Part shown: in pieces, positions 30,942 to 41,500 of the stretch
How the letters are laid out: each line of letters starts with the position of its first letter
How positions within the stretch are numbered: the stretch's first letter is position 1
Assembly (NCBI GenBank): GCA_965215515.1
Contig: OZ244057.1
Location: forward strand, 704,001-768,000
Length of the DNA stretch: 64,000 bases
Reading direction: 5' to 3'
From: Oligoflexales bacterium
GTDB taxonomy: Bacteria; Bdellovibrionota_B; Oligoflexia; Oligoflexales; JAPPIL01
Notes under the pieces: generated by a model
What the model was told of the DNA's origin: nothing
The model's input: the letters and a program-made list of their open reading frames with translations, nothing else
Database searches by the model: none
Made by a program: the position numbers and the translations under genes

Positions 30942-31122
30942 CGCTAACCCGCACAACACTTACCCTATTCTATCAAGACAAGCCTGATTTGGCAAACCTG
31001 TAGACAACCCCGATCGGGCTTGTCGCGGCTGGAGGCGACGGCAAATACCTCTTCATAAAACGACGCGGCAGATTTTGCTCTGCCTAAGTGCCAATACGAG
31101 TAAAGTGAAATAAAATTAAAGC

Positions 31123-31136
31123 AAAAAAAAAAAAAA
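31123..31136. repeat. A14 homopolymer in the divergent hmgA / lipoprotein promoter region
   Basis: gc-aaaaaaaaaaaaaa-cagt, ending 44 bp before the ATG at 31181. Confidence 0.85.
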
Positions 31137-31180
31137 CAGTCGATGTGTTTCTGGCAAGTCGGTTTTTCGGGGAGGAGATC

Positions 31181-31933
31181 ATGTCGTCGTTGCTGTGGGT
31201 TTTGAGGATGATGTGGGTCGTCGCGGTGGCGCTGAACGGCTGTGATGGCGAAGAGGGGACAGATGCTAAAGAGCCCAAAGAGCCGAGTTTGACGGTAACG
31301 GTCAACCCCGACGAAGTGGAGGTAAATGGTGACCGCGGCGAGCATACGGTCACGGTAACTGTCGATGCTAGCGACAAACGGGCGGAGGTAGAGCTGTCGG
31401 TGGTATGCACAAACGAAGTCACCACCCCAGAAATTGCGCGCGCAACACGATCTGCCACAGGTGGCGAAGTTGAGTGGGAAGGTCTGCGCATCGATACTGG
31501 GAAAGAGACTATCTGCACCTACACTGCCAAAGCTCTGGGAAAAGAAGCCACAGGTGAGTTCACGGTTAAAGCCACTGAAGAAGATAAGGAAACCACTGAA
31601 GAGCAAAACACTCCTCAAGAGGTCATGCAGCCTACCGAGAAAACAATCGCAATCACCAGTGCTATCAGGAGAGCTAATTCAATAAAAATATCAATCACAG
31701 CGTCTGGTTTCAGCGGCGATGACACATTCGCAGTGAAAGGCCTCTGTGCTGCTGATGGTGACCCTGCTCCTGACGAGCAAACTGTCATCGCTGAGGGTAG
31801 TATTCAACATGATTGTGAAGAAACAGATGGGGGGACATATACGTGCTACTTTGGTTCTGGCGGTTCACTGCAGAACGAGTGCCGCGTTATGGTGATAAGT
31901 AGCGATGTCAGAAGTGCCAGTGTTATCCGATAA
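31181..31933 (+). CDS. Hypothetical acidic, beta-rich lipoprotein
   Basis: GGAGG RBS, signal peptide ending in lipobox ALNG-C, Thr/Val/Glu-rich with several Cys. Confidence 0.7.
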   Translation: MSSLLWVLRMMWVVAVALNGCDGEEGTDAKEPKEPSLTVTVNPDEVEVNGDRGEHTVTVTVDASDKRAEVELSVVCTNEVTTPEIARATRSATGGEVEWEGLRIDTGKETICTYTAKALGKEATGEFTVKATEEDKETTEEQNTPQEVMQPTEKTIAITSAIRRANSIKISITASGFSGDDTFAVKGLCAADGDPAPDEQTVIAEGSIQHDCEETDGGTYTCYFGSGGSLQNECRVMVISSDVRSASVIR

Positions 31934-31937
31934 ATCG

Positions 31938-31954
31938 AGGGGATTGTTTCCCCT
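31938..31954. terminator. Possible hairpin between convergent genes
   Basis: agggga-ttgtt-tcccct between stops at 31933 and 31964. No clear U-tract. Confidence 0.3.
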
Positions 31955-31963
31955 GACTTCTTG

Positions 31964-33847
31964 CTACTGGCGTTTGGAGGAGGCTGAAATAGCTTCGATC
32001 AGTCGGGCAATCTCGTCTACTTGCTGTTCGTCTTTTAGCACAGAAAACATATTGGGCGGTGGTTTCTTTTCAATCCAATGGCGGGAGATAAGTGCATAGG
32101 GGATATTGCCGAGCACGTTGCTCAGCAGCGCCATGCCGCTCATCAGTGCTGTCTGGCCAGTCTTAGTGCTGATATTGAAGTTTTTAAGCAAGGCACGTGA
32201 GCCACCTGTGTAAAAATAAATCGACTTGTACAACGAGAAGGTGCTGATAAAAGTCGTGTCATAGATGATGCGATCCCAGTTTATTTCCTTACCACTGATA
32301 ACGTGCCCGATGACCGACAATACCATCGTCGCTGAGGAGATGAGGGCGATACGCATTTCGTCGCTGAGGTTGAGTGCCGAAATGTAAGCCAAAGCAAAGT
32401 CAACTGCTAGCAGTGCGAAAATATTGTAAAAAGATTCGCGGTCCTTGAGAAAATTTAAATTTTTCGTCTGCATGGTTTCGATAGCCAACATCGAGGCAAA
32501 CGATCCGAAAACATTGGCATAAGCGAGAAATTTTGCGTCCACGTTCATGAATGTTTCGTCGATACCCTTTGGTATCTTGCGCAAGATCATCGCTAAACCC
32601 GTCGCCGCAAGGTGTGAAAAAACATAGCGGCTGAGCGACGTGCCGTTCTTGAAGGCGAGATAATCACGGTAAGAATTCAGCCCGTTGCATACCCCTGTGT
32701 GCAGCTGTTGGCGCATCGTTTGCAGAGCTTGCGCTCTTCCCCAGGCGACCGACAGGCCGGTCCCCGCCATCAACGGTAGGGTGAGCTTGTTGTACTTACG
32801 GGAGACGATGAAGGAAGGCACAACCAGCCCGCCCAGCATACTCAAAAACAAACGCGGTGAAGTACGGTAATGCGATGGCTGGAGTTTAGCCGCCGCCGCA
32901 CGGTACAGCTTATCGTGCCGTGCCCTGAGTTCTGCATGCGCTGGTGCAGCTAGCAATGTCTCGATGCGCTGCACCAAGGCACGGTGCTTGAAATAAAACA
33001 ACAGGCGTTTGGACCTAGAGGTAGGGAAAGCGAGATGACGCTCTGCACAGGTATGTTGCCAAGCATGCTGAAGCAGAGCCGCACTCTGCTCCAACAACGA
33101 CATCGCCGCTTGCTGCAGCGATGCTTTGTTCTGGCGGCGCAGCGCGGCGAGCAACTCTTGCCCGATCATCCCGTCGGCCAGCAGTTGCTGATAATCGAGC
33201 ACAATCTTCTGATACAGAGGCAGCTGCTTGTCACGCTCAGGATCGTTAACAGATACAGTCAACAGCATGTTAGTGGTGTCGGAAGAAAAAAGCGTACTAA
33301 CCCGCGCTTGTAGCGTGTTTATCTTCTCCTCCAGAGCAGCAAGCTTGGCGTGCGATGCGTCGTGATGAATGACATCTTCCATGAAATTTTTCTGCACGGC
33401 AGCCTTCTCGATCCCCAACTTATACAACCTGCGGTTCAACTCTACTACCGTCAACGACAGAATAAGAAGGTGCTCAAAATAGGTATCGTCGGACACCGTG
33501 ACTGCGGCACGTAACTGCTGTAACCCCTCGTGCAAGGAGGGGACAAGATGACGACACGGTTTAAAGCTGGCGAGATGATTGAGATCATGCGCCATCGGGA
33601 CACCGCTGACAGCCGCATAACGATGCGCGGCAGACAACAGTGCCGCACTCATCTCATGCAAATATATATGCTCTAACTGCGTAACAGGACGCGAGGAGGC
33701 CGCACGGATCGCCGCCCAAGCAAAAAACCCCCCGCCAGAGCTAGCCGCGCGGGAGGCGACAGAGAACAACGCACAAAACACCGTCGCAAGACACGCCCTG
33801 CCAAAAACTCGCAACAACTCGCCCCTCACCAGGCCGCGCAACTCCAT
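31964..33847 (-). CDS. Hypothetical protein, helical N-terminus and multi-TM C-terminus
   Basis: Long ORF filling the gap, with several hydrophobic segments in the C-terminal third. Start uncertain (33847 or 33898). Confidence 0.7.
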   Translation of the reverse strand: MELRGLVRGELLRVFGRACLATVFCALFSVASRAASSGGGFFAWAAIRAASSRPVTQLEHIYLHEMSAALLSAAHRYAAVSGVPMAHDLNHLASFKPCRHLVPSLHEGLQQLRAAVTVSDDTYFEHLLILSLTVVELNRRLYKLGIEKAAVQKNFMEDVIHHDASHAKLAALEEKINTLQARVSTLFSSDTTNMLLTVSVNDPERDKQLPLYQKIVLDYQQLLADGMIGQELLAALRRQNKASLQQAAMSLLEQSAALLQHAWQHTCAERHLAFPTSRSKRLLFYFKHRALVQRIETLLAAPAHAELRARHDKLYRAAAAKLQPSHYRTSPRLFLSMLGGLVVPSFIVSRKYNKLTLPLMAGTGLSVAWGRAQALQTMRQQLHTGVCNGLNSYRDYLAFKNGTSLSRYVFSHLAATGLAMILRKIPKGIDETFMNVDAKFLAYANVFGSFASMLAIETMQTKNLNFLKDRESFYNIFALLAVDFALAYISALNLSDEMRIALISSATMVLSVIGHVISGKEINWDRIIYDTTFISTFSLYKSIYFYTGGSRALLKNFNISTKTGQTALMSGMALLSNVLGNIPYALISRHWIEKKPPPNMFSVLKDEQQVDEIARLIEAISASSKRQ

Positions 33848-33892
33848 TTCCGTAACGAAACTTGGGCGCGGTGTAATCCATCTAACAGCACA

Positions 33893-33920
33893 TGTCAATA
33901 ATTTTTTGGGGGCATCTGTA
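33893..33920 (-). repeat. Degenerate copy of IS3-like terminal repeat
   Basis: Reverse complement tacagatgcccccaaaaaattattgaca matches the core AGATGCCCCC-N-AAAAA of the copies at 36304 and 38477. Confidence 0.5.
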
Positions 33921-34017
33921 GCACCTCGGGCGTTTCTTTGACTTTTTATAAAGATTGTGCTTACTTAGCTCACAGGCACGGCCTCAGGAGGCTAGTATTT
34001 TGGTAGGGGGGCAGGAG

Positions 34018-36174
34018 ATGACGGGACGATACATCAATCGTGAGCTGAGCTACCTCGCCTTCAATCGCCGCATCGTGGCCATCGCGGCGGCTGCCGACAC
34101 CCCTGTGTTGGAAAAACTGCGTTTCCTAACCATCTTTGCCTCCAATCTCGATGAATTTTTTATGGTGCGGGTATCGAGTATCCGCAAAATGCTCAGGAAG
34201 GGCGAAGAGTGTTGCGATTCACCCGATGGCATGTCCAATCGTGATCTGTTGGCCAAAATTCGCCAAGAGGTGAAGGCTCTGATAACACAAGCAAGACAGA
34301 TCGCCACGACGGAAATTTTCCCGCAGCTGGCTAAAGAAAAGGTCGGCATCAAGCCCTACCACAAGCTGCACGCGGAGCAGAAACGTTATCTACGTGCTTA
34401 TTTTTGTGACAACATCTTACCTGTGCTGACTCCGCTGGCGTGCGATTCTTCCCACCCGTTTCCGTACCTGAGTAATCAATCGGCTTGTCTGCTGGTCGCC
34501 TTGGGCAAGGGTGGCCGTGGCGATGATTATGGCAAGTCGCCCTTTGGGTTTGTGGAAATTCCCGCCAACATCGAGCAGTTGGTTGCCATCGCTCCTAACA
34601 GTCACTGGTACGTGTGCTTGATCGCCTTGATACAGGCACATCTGGAAGAAGTCTTTGTGGGGTGTGAAGTAGACGCTGCTTGGTTTATGCGGGTGACCAG
34701 GGATTGGGATTATGAATTGGTCGAGGACGAGGTGCTCGATCTCTTGACAACGATGCAGATGGAAATCACTCAAGAACATCGTGACGCGGTGCGGCTGGAA
34801 GTCGACCACACTTTGCCTGCCCCGCTCCTCAACGCGTTACGCCATAACTTACATCTGGGAGACGATGACATCTATGTGCTCAAGCCTCCCTTCATGCTCG
34901 GCGCACTTACCCCTTTGCTCACTGTGCCCCTCGAACAACATCGTTACCCCCCCTTCAATCCCCGCCTGCCGCGTCGTTTGGTCAACAACCGCAACATCTT
35001 CGCTTTGATCGCGAACGGCGATCTGCTCGTTCATCACCCTTACGAAAGCTTTTACACGGTGATAGAGTTTCTCAACGAAGCCGCGCACGACGAGCAGACC
35101 CTTGCTATCAAGCAGACTTTGTATCGCACGGGGGGTGCTTCGCCGTTGATCGACATTCTGATCGCCGCGGCCGAGAACGGCAAGAAGGTTACCGTCATCG
35201 TCGAACTGAAGGCACGCTTCGATGAGAAGAGCAACATCAAGTGGGCACAGCGCCTGGAAAAAGCGGGAGTCAGTGTCGTCTATGGTTTTATTCGCGTCAA
35301 AACACACCTCAAGGCAACTATCGTCGTGCGCCGTGAAGAAGGACGCACGGTGCAGTACGTGCACCTCTCGACAGGCAACTACAACCCCCGCACGGCACGC
35401 ACTTACACCGATATCGGCTTGTTCACGGCACAACCCGATTACGGACGTGACATTGCCCTGCTGTTCAACATCCTGACGGGCTACCACCTGCTATGGCACG
35501 AGGGCAAAGGATTACAAAAGACAGCTTCGCCACAATTCCGCCAGCTGGCCGTCGCCCCGTTCAACATGCGTGCCAAAATAATCGCTCTGATCGAACAGGA
35601 GATCGCTAGCCATCGTCGCCATAAGAACGGCATGATTATTGCCAAGATGAATGCTCTGGTGGACAAAGAGATTATCGACCATCTCTACGCCGCGTCACAG
35701 GCGGGAGTAGAGATAAAACTCATCGTGCGCGGGATATGCTGTCTGCAAGTGCAACAGCATGACTTGAGCGACAACATCGAAGTGACCTCAACGATGGGGC
35801 GGTTTCTTGAACACAGCCGTATTTTTTATTTCTACGCTGAGGGCGAGAAAAACGTCTTCCTGTCCAGCGGCGATTGGATGCCCCGCAACATGGATCGACG
35901 GGTCGAAGTCATGTACCCTGTGCTCGATGCACGGTTGAAGGAACAGATCACCGAGTTTATTCTGCCTATCTACGTCAACGATGCCGACGCTTGGTATCTA
36001 CGCAAAGACGGCACATACACGCAAAAAAAACGCCGTGTCAAACGACAAGGTGCACACGATTTGCTCATCGCCTACGCCCGTGAGTCGGGCATCAAATCGA
36101 TCCCCTACGAACTCGCCATTCGCCGCACAACACAAGCTCGCAAGAAAAAACCGCCTCGCCCTGTGGCGACATGA
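34018..36174 (+). CDS. ppk1: Polyphosphate kinase 1
   Basis: YINRELSYLAFN, SNLDEFFMVRV, HPFPY, LVHHPYESF, IKQTLYRT, ELKARFDE, KTHLK, HLSTGNYN, GRFLEHSRIF, DWMPRNMDRRVE. AGGAG RBS. Confidence 0.97.
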   Translation: MTGRYINRELSYLAFNRRIVAIAAAADTPVLEKLRFLTIFASNLDEFFMVRVSSIRKMLRKGEECCDSPDGMSNRDLLAKIRQEVKALITQARQIATTEIFPQLAKEKVGIKPYHKLHAEQKRYLRAYFCDNILPVLTPLACDSSHPFPYLSNQSACLLVALGKGGRGDDYGKSPFGFVEIPANIEQLVAIAPNSHWYVCLIALIQAHLEEVFVGCEVDAAWFMRVTRDWDYELVEDEVLDLLTTMQMEITQEHRDAVRLEVDHTLPAPLLNALRHNLHLGDDDIYVLKPPFMLGALTPLLTVPLEQHRYPPFNPRLPRRLVNNRNIFALIANGDLLVHHPYESFYTVIEFLNEAAHDEQTLAIKQTLYRTGGASPLIDILIAAAENGKKVTVIVELKARFDEKSNIKWAQRLEKAGVSVVYGFIRVKTHLKATIVVRREEGRTVQYVHLSTGNYNPRTARTYTDIGLFTAQPDYGRDIALLFNILTGYHLLWHEGKGLQKTASPQFRQLAVAPFNMRAKIIALIEQEIASHRRHKNGMIIAKMNALVDKEIIDHLYAASQAGVEIKLIVRGICCLQVQQHDLSDNIEVTSTMGRFLEHSRIFYFYAEGEKNVFLSSGDWMPRNMDRRVEVMYPVLDARLKEQITEFILPIYVNDADAWYLRKDGTYTQKKRRVKRQGAHDLLIAYARESGIKSIPYELAIRRTTQARKKKPPRPVAT

Positions 36175-36303
36175 CAGCCTTCACTCGTCACCACAGGCAA
36201 ACTTTCCCTGCAACTAAAGCTTCTTGGCAAAAGAAATCAGACGAGAATAAGGCACGGCCGCAGCATCTATGATACGATGAAAAAATCAAAAACCCATCAC
36301 ATG

Positions 36304-36331
36304 TGTAGATGCCACCGTAAAAAGCGGACAC
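36304..36331 (+). repeat. IS3-like terminal repeat (left-end orientation)
   Basis: tgtagatgccaccgtaaaaagcggacac. First 21 nt match the reverse complement of 38457-38477 at 19 positions. Confidence 0.7.
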
Positions 36332-36463
36332 CCTTAGCCAAGCTGATGAACCTAAAGCTCTTGGCAAGGAAGCTTTTCAATCCAGTCATAAGGAAAACGG
36401 CGCTTCGCCTCCAAGACGCACGCGCAGTATGCGTTGTGAGGGTGCTTGGCGCGGTAGTGGTCG

Positions 36464-37477
36464 TTAGGCGCGTTTTTTCTTGAGTCGCGTTAGTTCGCGG
36501 CGCGTGAGGCCGGTGGTGCGGCAGATAACTTCAACATCCAGGCCTTCCACAAGCATGCGTAGGGCAACCTCGGCCTTGCCCTCGGCCTTGCCTTCAGCCT
36601 TGCCTTCAGCCTTGCCCTCGGCCTTGCCCTCGGCCTTGCCTTCAGCCTTGCCTTCAGCCTTGCCTTCAGCCTTGCCTTCAGCCTTGCCTTCAGCCTTGCC
36701 TTCAGCCTTGCCTTCGACCAGTCCTTTCTTGAACCCTTGCTCTAGCCAACCTTCCTGACCAATCTTGACGGTGCGCATCAGTCTATCCTTTACCCTCTTG
36801 ATACAACCAGCTTCGATCCCTTCTAGCACCCCCATACTGAAGTTGCCACTGGATTCGGTTAGGCAGTTGGTCACCTGACCCATTAATCTTAACCTCTCCT
36901 CCTCTGGCAGGGCAAGACTGCCGACAAAAAACGCCTCGATCGCTTCTTGGCTCAATTGTTGTAGACTTTGTAAAGCTAGCAAGTAGGGGTATGATCGTGG
37001 AAATTCGGCTCGTAATATCTCTCTGGGGAGCGCCGCCAGATCGAGCAGCAGGTAACCGAAATTAAGTGTCACCTCTCCGCATATATTGTCGGATGTGGCG
37101 CGGAAACGCCGCGGCAATCGCCATTGTCTCTTTGCCGTGGAGATAACGATGGGCACGATCTCGTCACTGGCATTTGTGTAGAGAATGGTTTGGTATGAGA
37201 GCAGCTGTGGGAAAAGATCTCTGCTCTGGGTACTCTTGTGTTCGATCAAAAACACCACCCGCCGCCCGTCTTTGCTCATCACCGAGATAGTGGTGTCAGC
37301 ACGTCTCTCTTTGCCTTCCGCATCGGTGAACACCGTCATCCCGAATTGCAGCGTCTTGAATCTAAAGTAAGCAGACCTTTCCTTACCCAACAGATGCTTC
37401 AGTATCTCTACCGCCAACTTTTTGTTGTCGGTGAGCACGGCGATAAACAAGGCATTATGCAGAGCACGTTTCGACAT
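36464..37477 (-). CDS. Rpn family recombination-promoting nuclease / YhgA-like PD-(D/E)xK protein
   Basis: HNALF, ERRADT, VFLIEHKS, IVPIVI, YLLLDL, then (GKAE)12 and the typical ALRMLVEGLDVEVICRTTGLT tail. Confidence 0.88.
   Translation of the reverse strand: MSKRALHNALFIAVLTDNKKLAVEILKHLLGKERSAYFRFKTLQFGMTVFTDAEGKERRADTTISVMSKDGRRVVFLIEHKSTQSRDLFPQLLSYQTILYTNASDEIVPIVISTAKRQWRLPRRFRATSDNICGEVTLNFGYLLLDLAALPREILRAEFPRSYPYLLALQSLQQLSQEAIEAFFVGSLALPEEERLRLMGQVTNCLTESSGNFSMGVLEGIEAGCIKRVKDRLMRTVKIGQEGWLEQGFKKGLVEGKAEGKAEGKAEGKAEGKAEGKAEGKAEGKAEGKAEGKAEGKAEGKAEVALRMLVEGLDVEVICRTTGLTRRELTRLKKKRA
36569..36712. repeat. 12-bp in-frame tandem repeat x12 encoding GKAE
   Basis: Two synonymous variants, A=ctcggccttgcc and B=ttcagccttgcc, in the order AABBAABBBBBB. 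Confidence 0.97.
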
Positions 37478-37726
37478 AGTGAGTATCCCTATCGCTGGTT
37501 TTCGTTGTTGGTCACCTAGTGACGATAACAGGAAGTGGTGGGTATTCCCATCTGTAATTTTGAGTTTTGCATGACTGCCTCTAATCGGTGATCTAGATGT
37601 TTCAAAAGCTGGCGGTTGTGGTTATCGATGCCCGCAACTACAAAGGTTTTTTGCTCTGCAACGAAAGCCAGTGGTGGCAAAAATGTTGGCAGCGATAAGT
37701 AGTAGGGTGCCCCCCCACAACCTTTG

Positions 37727-38335
37727 TCAGCCACCTAGACCGAGAAACATGCCCGCAAAAATCACCCCCCACCAACCTAGGGTAGAAAGCGCGATCATGG
37801 ATACATAAAGCAGGCGTGAAACTTGGCCGCCGCGGCGAATGCTTACCCACACGATTAGGGAGCACAGCAGCGGAATTGCCAGGGGGAAAGAGAAGCCAAA
37901 GGTGAGTGGAAATGAGACGATTCCTATGTAAAGGAATACTGCCAGCCTAGAGAAGGCGGCAAATTGTTCGTCATCGGCGGCAGTAGCGCCAAAAACTTCC
38001 GCCATCGCAGTAACGAGCAGCGCCGTCACGACACCGATGACTAGGGAAAGGGTGAATGCACTGAGCGCCGCCGCGGTGGGTATAGACAAGAGGTGCGGGC
38101 GTGTCGCGGCGCGCAACAGAGCTGTCGCACCAGGGATGAGGGTGACAGCAAAAGCCACCGCCACCCCCACCCCTATGACCAGATAGCCTAGGAGACCTCT
38201 CCAATTTCCATAGTTTCCCCAGCTCATGACTGTGCCGACCCAGCTTAATGGGAAGAAAGCGAGCCAAGACAATATCACCAAGTGCCGAATATGCCGCCAT
38301 CGCAAGTTCAGCAAACCGCTGTTTTCGTCTTCCAC
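37727..38335 (-). CDS. Hypothetical polytopic membrane protein (~5-6 TM)
   Basis: Almost entirely hydrophobic segments. The GTG start abuts an IS-like end, so the 5' end may be truncated. Confidence 0.65.
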   Translation of the reverse strand: MEDENSGLLNLRWRHIRHLVILSWLAFFPLSWVGTVMSWGNYGNWRGLLGYLVIGVGVAVAFAVTLIPGATALLRAATRPHLLSIPTAAALSAFTLSLVIGVVTALLVTAMAEVFGATAADDEQFAAFSRLAVFLYIGIVSFPLTFGFSFPLAIPLLCSLIVWVSIRRGGQVSRLLYVSMIALSTLGWWGVIFAGMFLGLGG

Positions 38336-38337
38336 GT

Positions 38338-38477
38338 TGCAAATGCCCCCTGAAGTTGCCCCTAAAAAACGGACACTCTATCAACTTCTAGTAGTATCAT
38401 TCATATATCCATTATACATTTTCCTCAGTTCCGCATGTGCAAGGCTCTGAAATTTATTTTTTACGGGGGCATCTACA
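38338..38477. mobile_element. MITE-like relic with IS3-type TG...CA inverted ends
   Basis: Partial end tgcaaatgccccc (38338-38350) immediately followed by tgaagttgcccctaaaaaacggacac (38351-38376). Inverted end aatttattttttacgggggcatctaca (38451-38477). AT-rich interior. Confidence 0.6.
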
Positions 38478-38488
38478 TACAGGGGTAC

Positions 38489-38518
38489 TTGCAGGCCGAG
38501 CTGGAGGCACTGTATAAT
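38489..38518 (+). promoter_or_regulatory. Putative sigma70 promoter of the M16 peptidase
   Basis: TTGCAG (38489-38494), 18 bp spacer, TATAAT (38513-38518). Confidence 0.5.
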
Positions 38519-38550
38519 GGGGGAGAGTACTTCGAGCGACTGAAGAGAGG

Positions 38551-41500
38551 ATGAGCATGTGCCGCGCAGTCGCGTGGTCGAAGGGATGCATAGGAGCGGT
38601 GTTCATCGCGCTAGGCGCGGGTGCTTGCGATACCCGTCCACGAGAGGTACGCGACGAGGCATTGGCGGAGGGTAAACGCCCCCGTACTCCATCTCCCCTC
38701 GACGAGAGGCGAAGTGCGGAGCGTACTTATCGCACCGTCGAACTCGACAACGGATTACGCGCCTTTCTGATCCACGATGCAGAGACGACCGAGTCGGCGG
38801 CGGCACTGAGTGTCGCCGTGGGCTCGCTGGAGGACCCCGCGGCACATCTGGGCTTAGCTCATTTGCTGGAACACGTGCTGTCTCAAGGCACACACAGGTA
38901 TCCTGCCGTTGGCGAATATGAGAGGTACATCACCGCTTACCGAGGTCATCGCGATGCCTATACCAGTGCTGAAGAAACCAACTTTCACTTCACAGTCAGC
39001 CACGACGGTTTCGCAGGCTCGCTCGGTCGTTTTGCACAACTGTTCATCGCACCGCCCTTATCACAGGAAGACATCGCGTGGGGGGTGAATGCCGTGCATA
39101 GCGAACATCAGCAAAATCTCCACAGCGACCTGCGGCGCACCCATCGTATTTCTGCTTTAACCAGCAAAGCAGGACACCCGCGACAGAGGTTTGCCACAGG
39201 CAATAGAGAGACACTCAAAAACGTCACCAGACCAGTGATCGTCGCTTTCTACACGCGCTACTACTCGGCGAACACAATGCGCTTAGCGACAATCTCCTCG
39301 CTTCCCCTCGACACACAGGAAGAACAAGTACGGCAGCACTTCGCCGCCCTCCCTAACAACGACCGCGCCGAGCTTACCTACGACGAAGATATTTACGATG
39401 ATAGTCTGCTGCCGCAAAGGATTGACATTGAACCTGTGACAGATGTGCGGCAGGTAGTACTCGCTTTTGCACTGCCCTCTGGTCACAATTACTGGCAATC
39501 CAAACCCCATAAACTGCTCTCATCTTTGATCGGTGCGGCAGGCAAAGGGTCGTTGTTATCCCTGCTAAAAGCACGCGGTTATGCGACGGCGTTGCTGAGC
39601 AGTTTCCATACTAGCAGTCACGCGGGCGAGTTTGCCGCCGAGATAACTTTGACTAAAAGAGGACTGGCTGAAGTCAACGAAGTCGTGGCACTGTTTTTTT
39701 CTTACATCGCTATGTTGCGAAGGGAAGGACTAAAAGACTACTTCTACAACGAAAACAAACAACTCGCGCAGATAGAACATGACTATCGCGCTCCTTTGGA
39801 AGGCGCAGATGCGGTTACCTACTATGCCAGTATCATGCACCGTTTTGCACCACGCACTGCGTTGCGTAATGACAGGCTGTTTTTCGATGCAAATTCCTCG
39901 CTCACCTTCAGACTTTTTCTCAACAGAATAACACCACGTAAGCTGCGCATGATGGTGATAGCCAAAGGCGTGACCACCGACTTGGTCGAACCTCATTACG
40001 GCATCAACTACCGTGTCAACACCATCCCCGCGTCGCTCTATCGGGTGTGGGAAAATCCGCACAGCTACGAAGCACTGCACTATCCCGCACCCAATCAGTT
40101 TATGCCTACCAACTTCGCTATCCTGGCAGACGATGAACGCGACGAGCCCTACAAACTGCTCGATACAGAACAAGGAGTGTTTTGGTTTCAACAAGACACA
40201 AAGTTTTTGCGCCCTAAGGCGAACTTGCACCTCAACCTGTTGACGGCTAAGACCAACACTGACCCCCGACAAGCTTTGTTATCGGTGCTTTACACACGTG
40301 CCTGGCAAGAGAGCACCGACGAGTGGAGATATCCGCTTTTGGCTGCAGGTCTGCACTTCACAGTGACACGTCACGACCGCGGCATCAACATCGATCTCGG
40401 CGGCTACGCGGCCAAGCTGCCCCTGCTGATTAGCGAGATCGGGAAACGATTGCGCACGATAACCATCGACGAGACTACGTTTGCAGCACTGAAAGACGAC
40501 CTCCAGCGGGAGCTGGCCAACACAGCCTACCAGCAGGGTCATCTACAGGTGGCGGCACAGAGCGAGCATATCCTTGACCTGCATGCTATCTCTGCCGCTA
40601 ACTATGCAGGCATGATCGACAGCGTAACACTGGCAGAGCTGCACACCTACTGCGAAGAGCTTTATCGAGAGGTGGCGTTTGCAGGCATCGCCTACGGTAA
40701 CCTCGACAAGGTGGTGTTGGCCGACAGACTTAACCGTTTCATGACCGCACTGAACGCCGCTACCTTACCCGCGGCAAGACGCAGACACGAGCAGATTCTG
40801 CGTCTCAAGCGACCGTACACCTACTCTTTTAGCAGCGAAAGCAACAACCATGCCATGATCAAGTTGGTGCAGATGGGAGAACGCAGCCCGCAACTCGATG
40901 CACAACTCAGAATCATCAACACACATCTCGGCGCGGCCTTTTCCACCGCCATGCATAGCAAGCAACAGCTCGCCCATATCGCACACGCGGGCTTGTACTA
41001 TCGCGACAAAGTACTGGGCTTACGCTTCATCGTGCAATCCTCGACACATAACCCTGTGCAGATCGGTGCAAGCATCAATGACTTCCTGCCGACGGTAGCG
41101 AACCATCTCGCCGAGATTACCGCGCAGCAACTTGCCGATTACAAACAAAGTGTTATGACAAAACTACAACAACCACAGATGACAATTGCCGCGCAGCACC
41201 ACCTCCTGCGAGTGCTGGCACTCAGACTTGACGGTGATTTTGCTTACCACCAGAAACTCAGCGCAGCCGTGCGCAAAGTCACCCGAGATGACCTCATCAA
41301 CACCTGGAACGACTCAGTACACCGCAGGCAACTCAACATCGCACTGTTTGCCAAAGGCACAACCATCGCAAACCTGCCGCACACCGATGTCATCAGCGAC
41401 ATCGCCCTGTTCAAGCAAGAACAACCCATCTACGGTCAGGAAGACACACCGCCTCGAGAGAAAACATACCTCCGTGCGGTGGGGTCGGCACAAAATTCAA

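Noticed and set aside
30999..31012. tgtagacaaccccg as another IS-like left end pairing with 33920
   Set aside because: Only 11/14 match and lacks the A-run/GGACAC part, so too weak to call.
36214..36367. Imperfect direct repeat ctaaagc(t)tcttggcaa at 36214 and 36352
   Set aside because: Two short copies only, with no interpretable structure. May be part of the decayed element.
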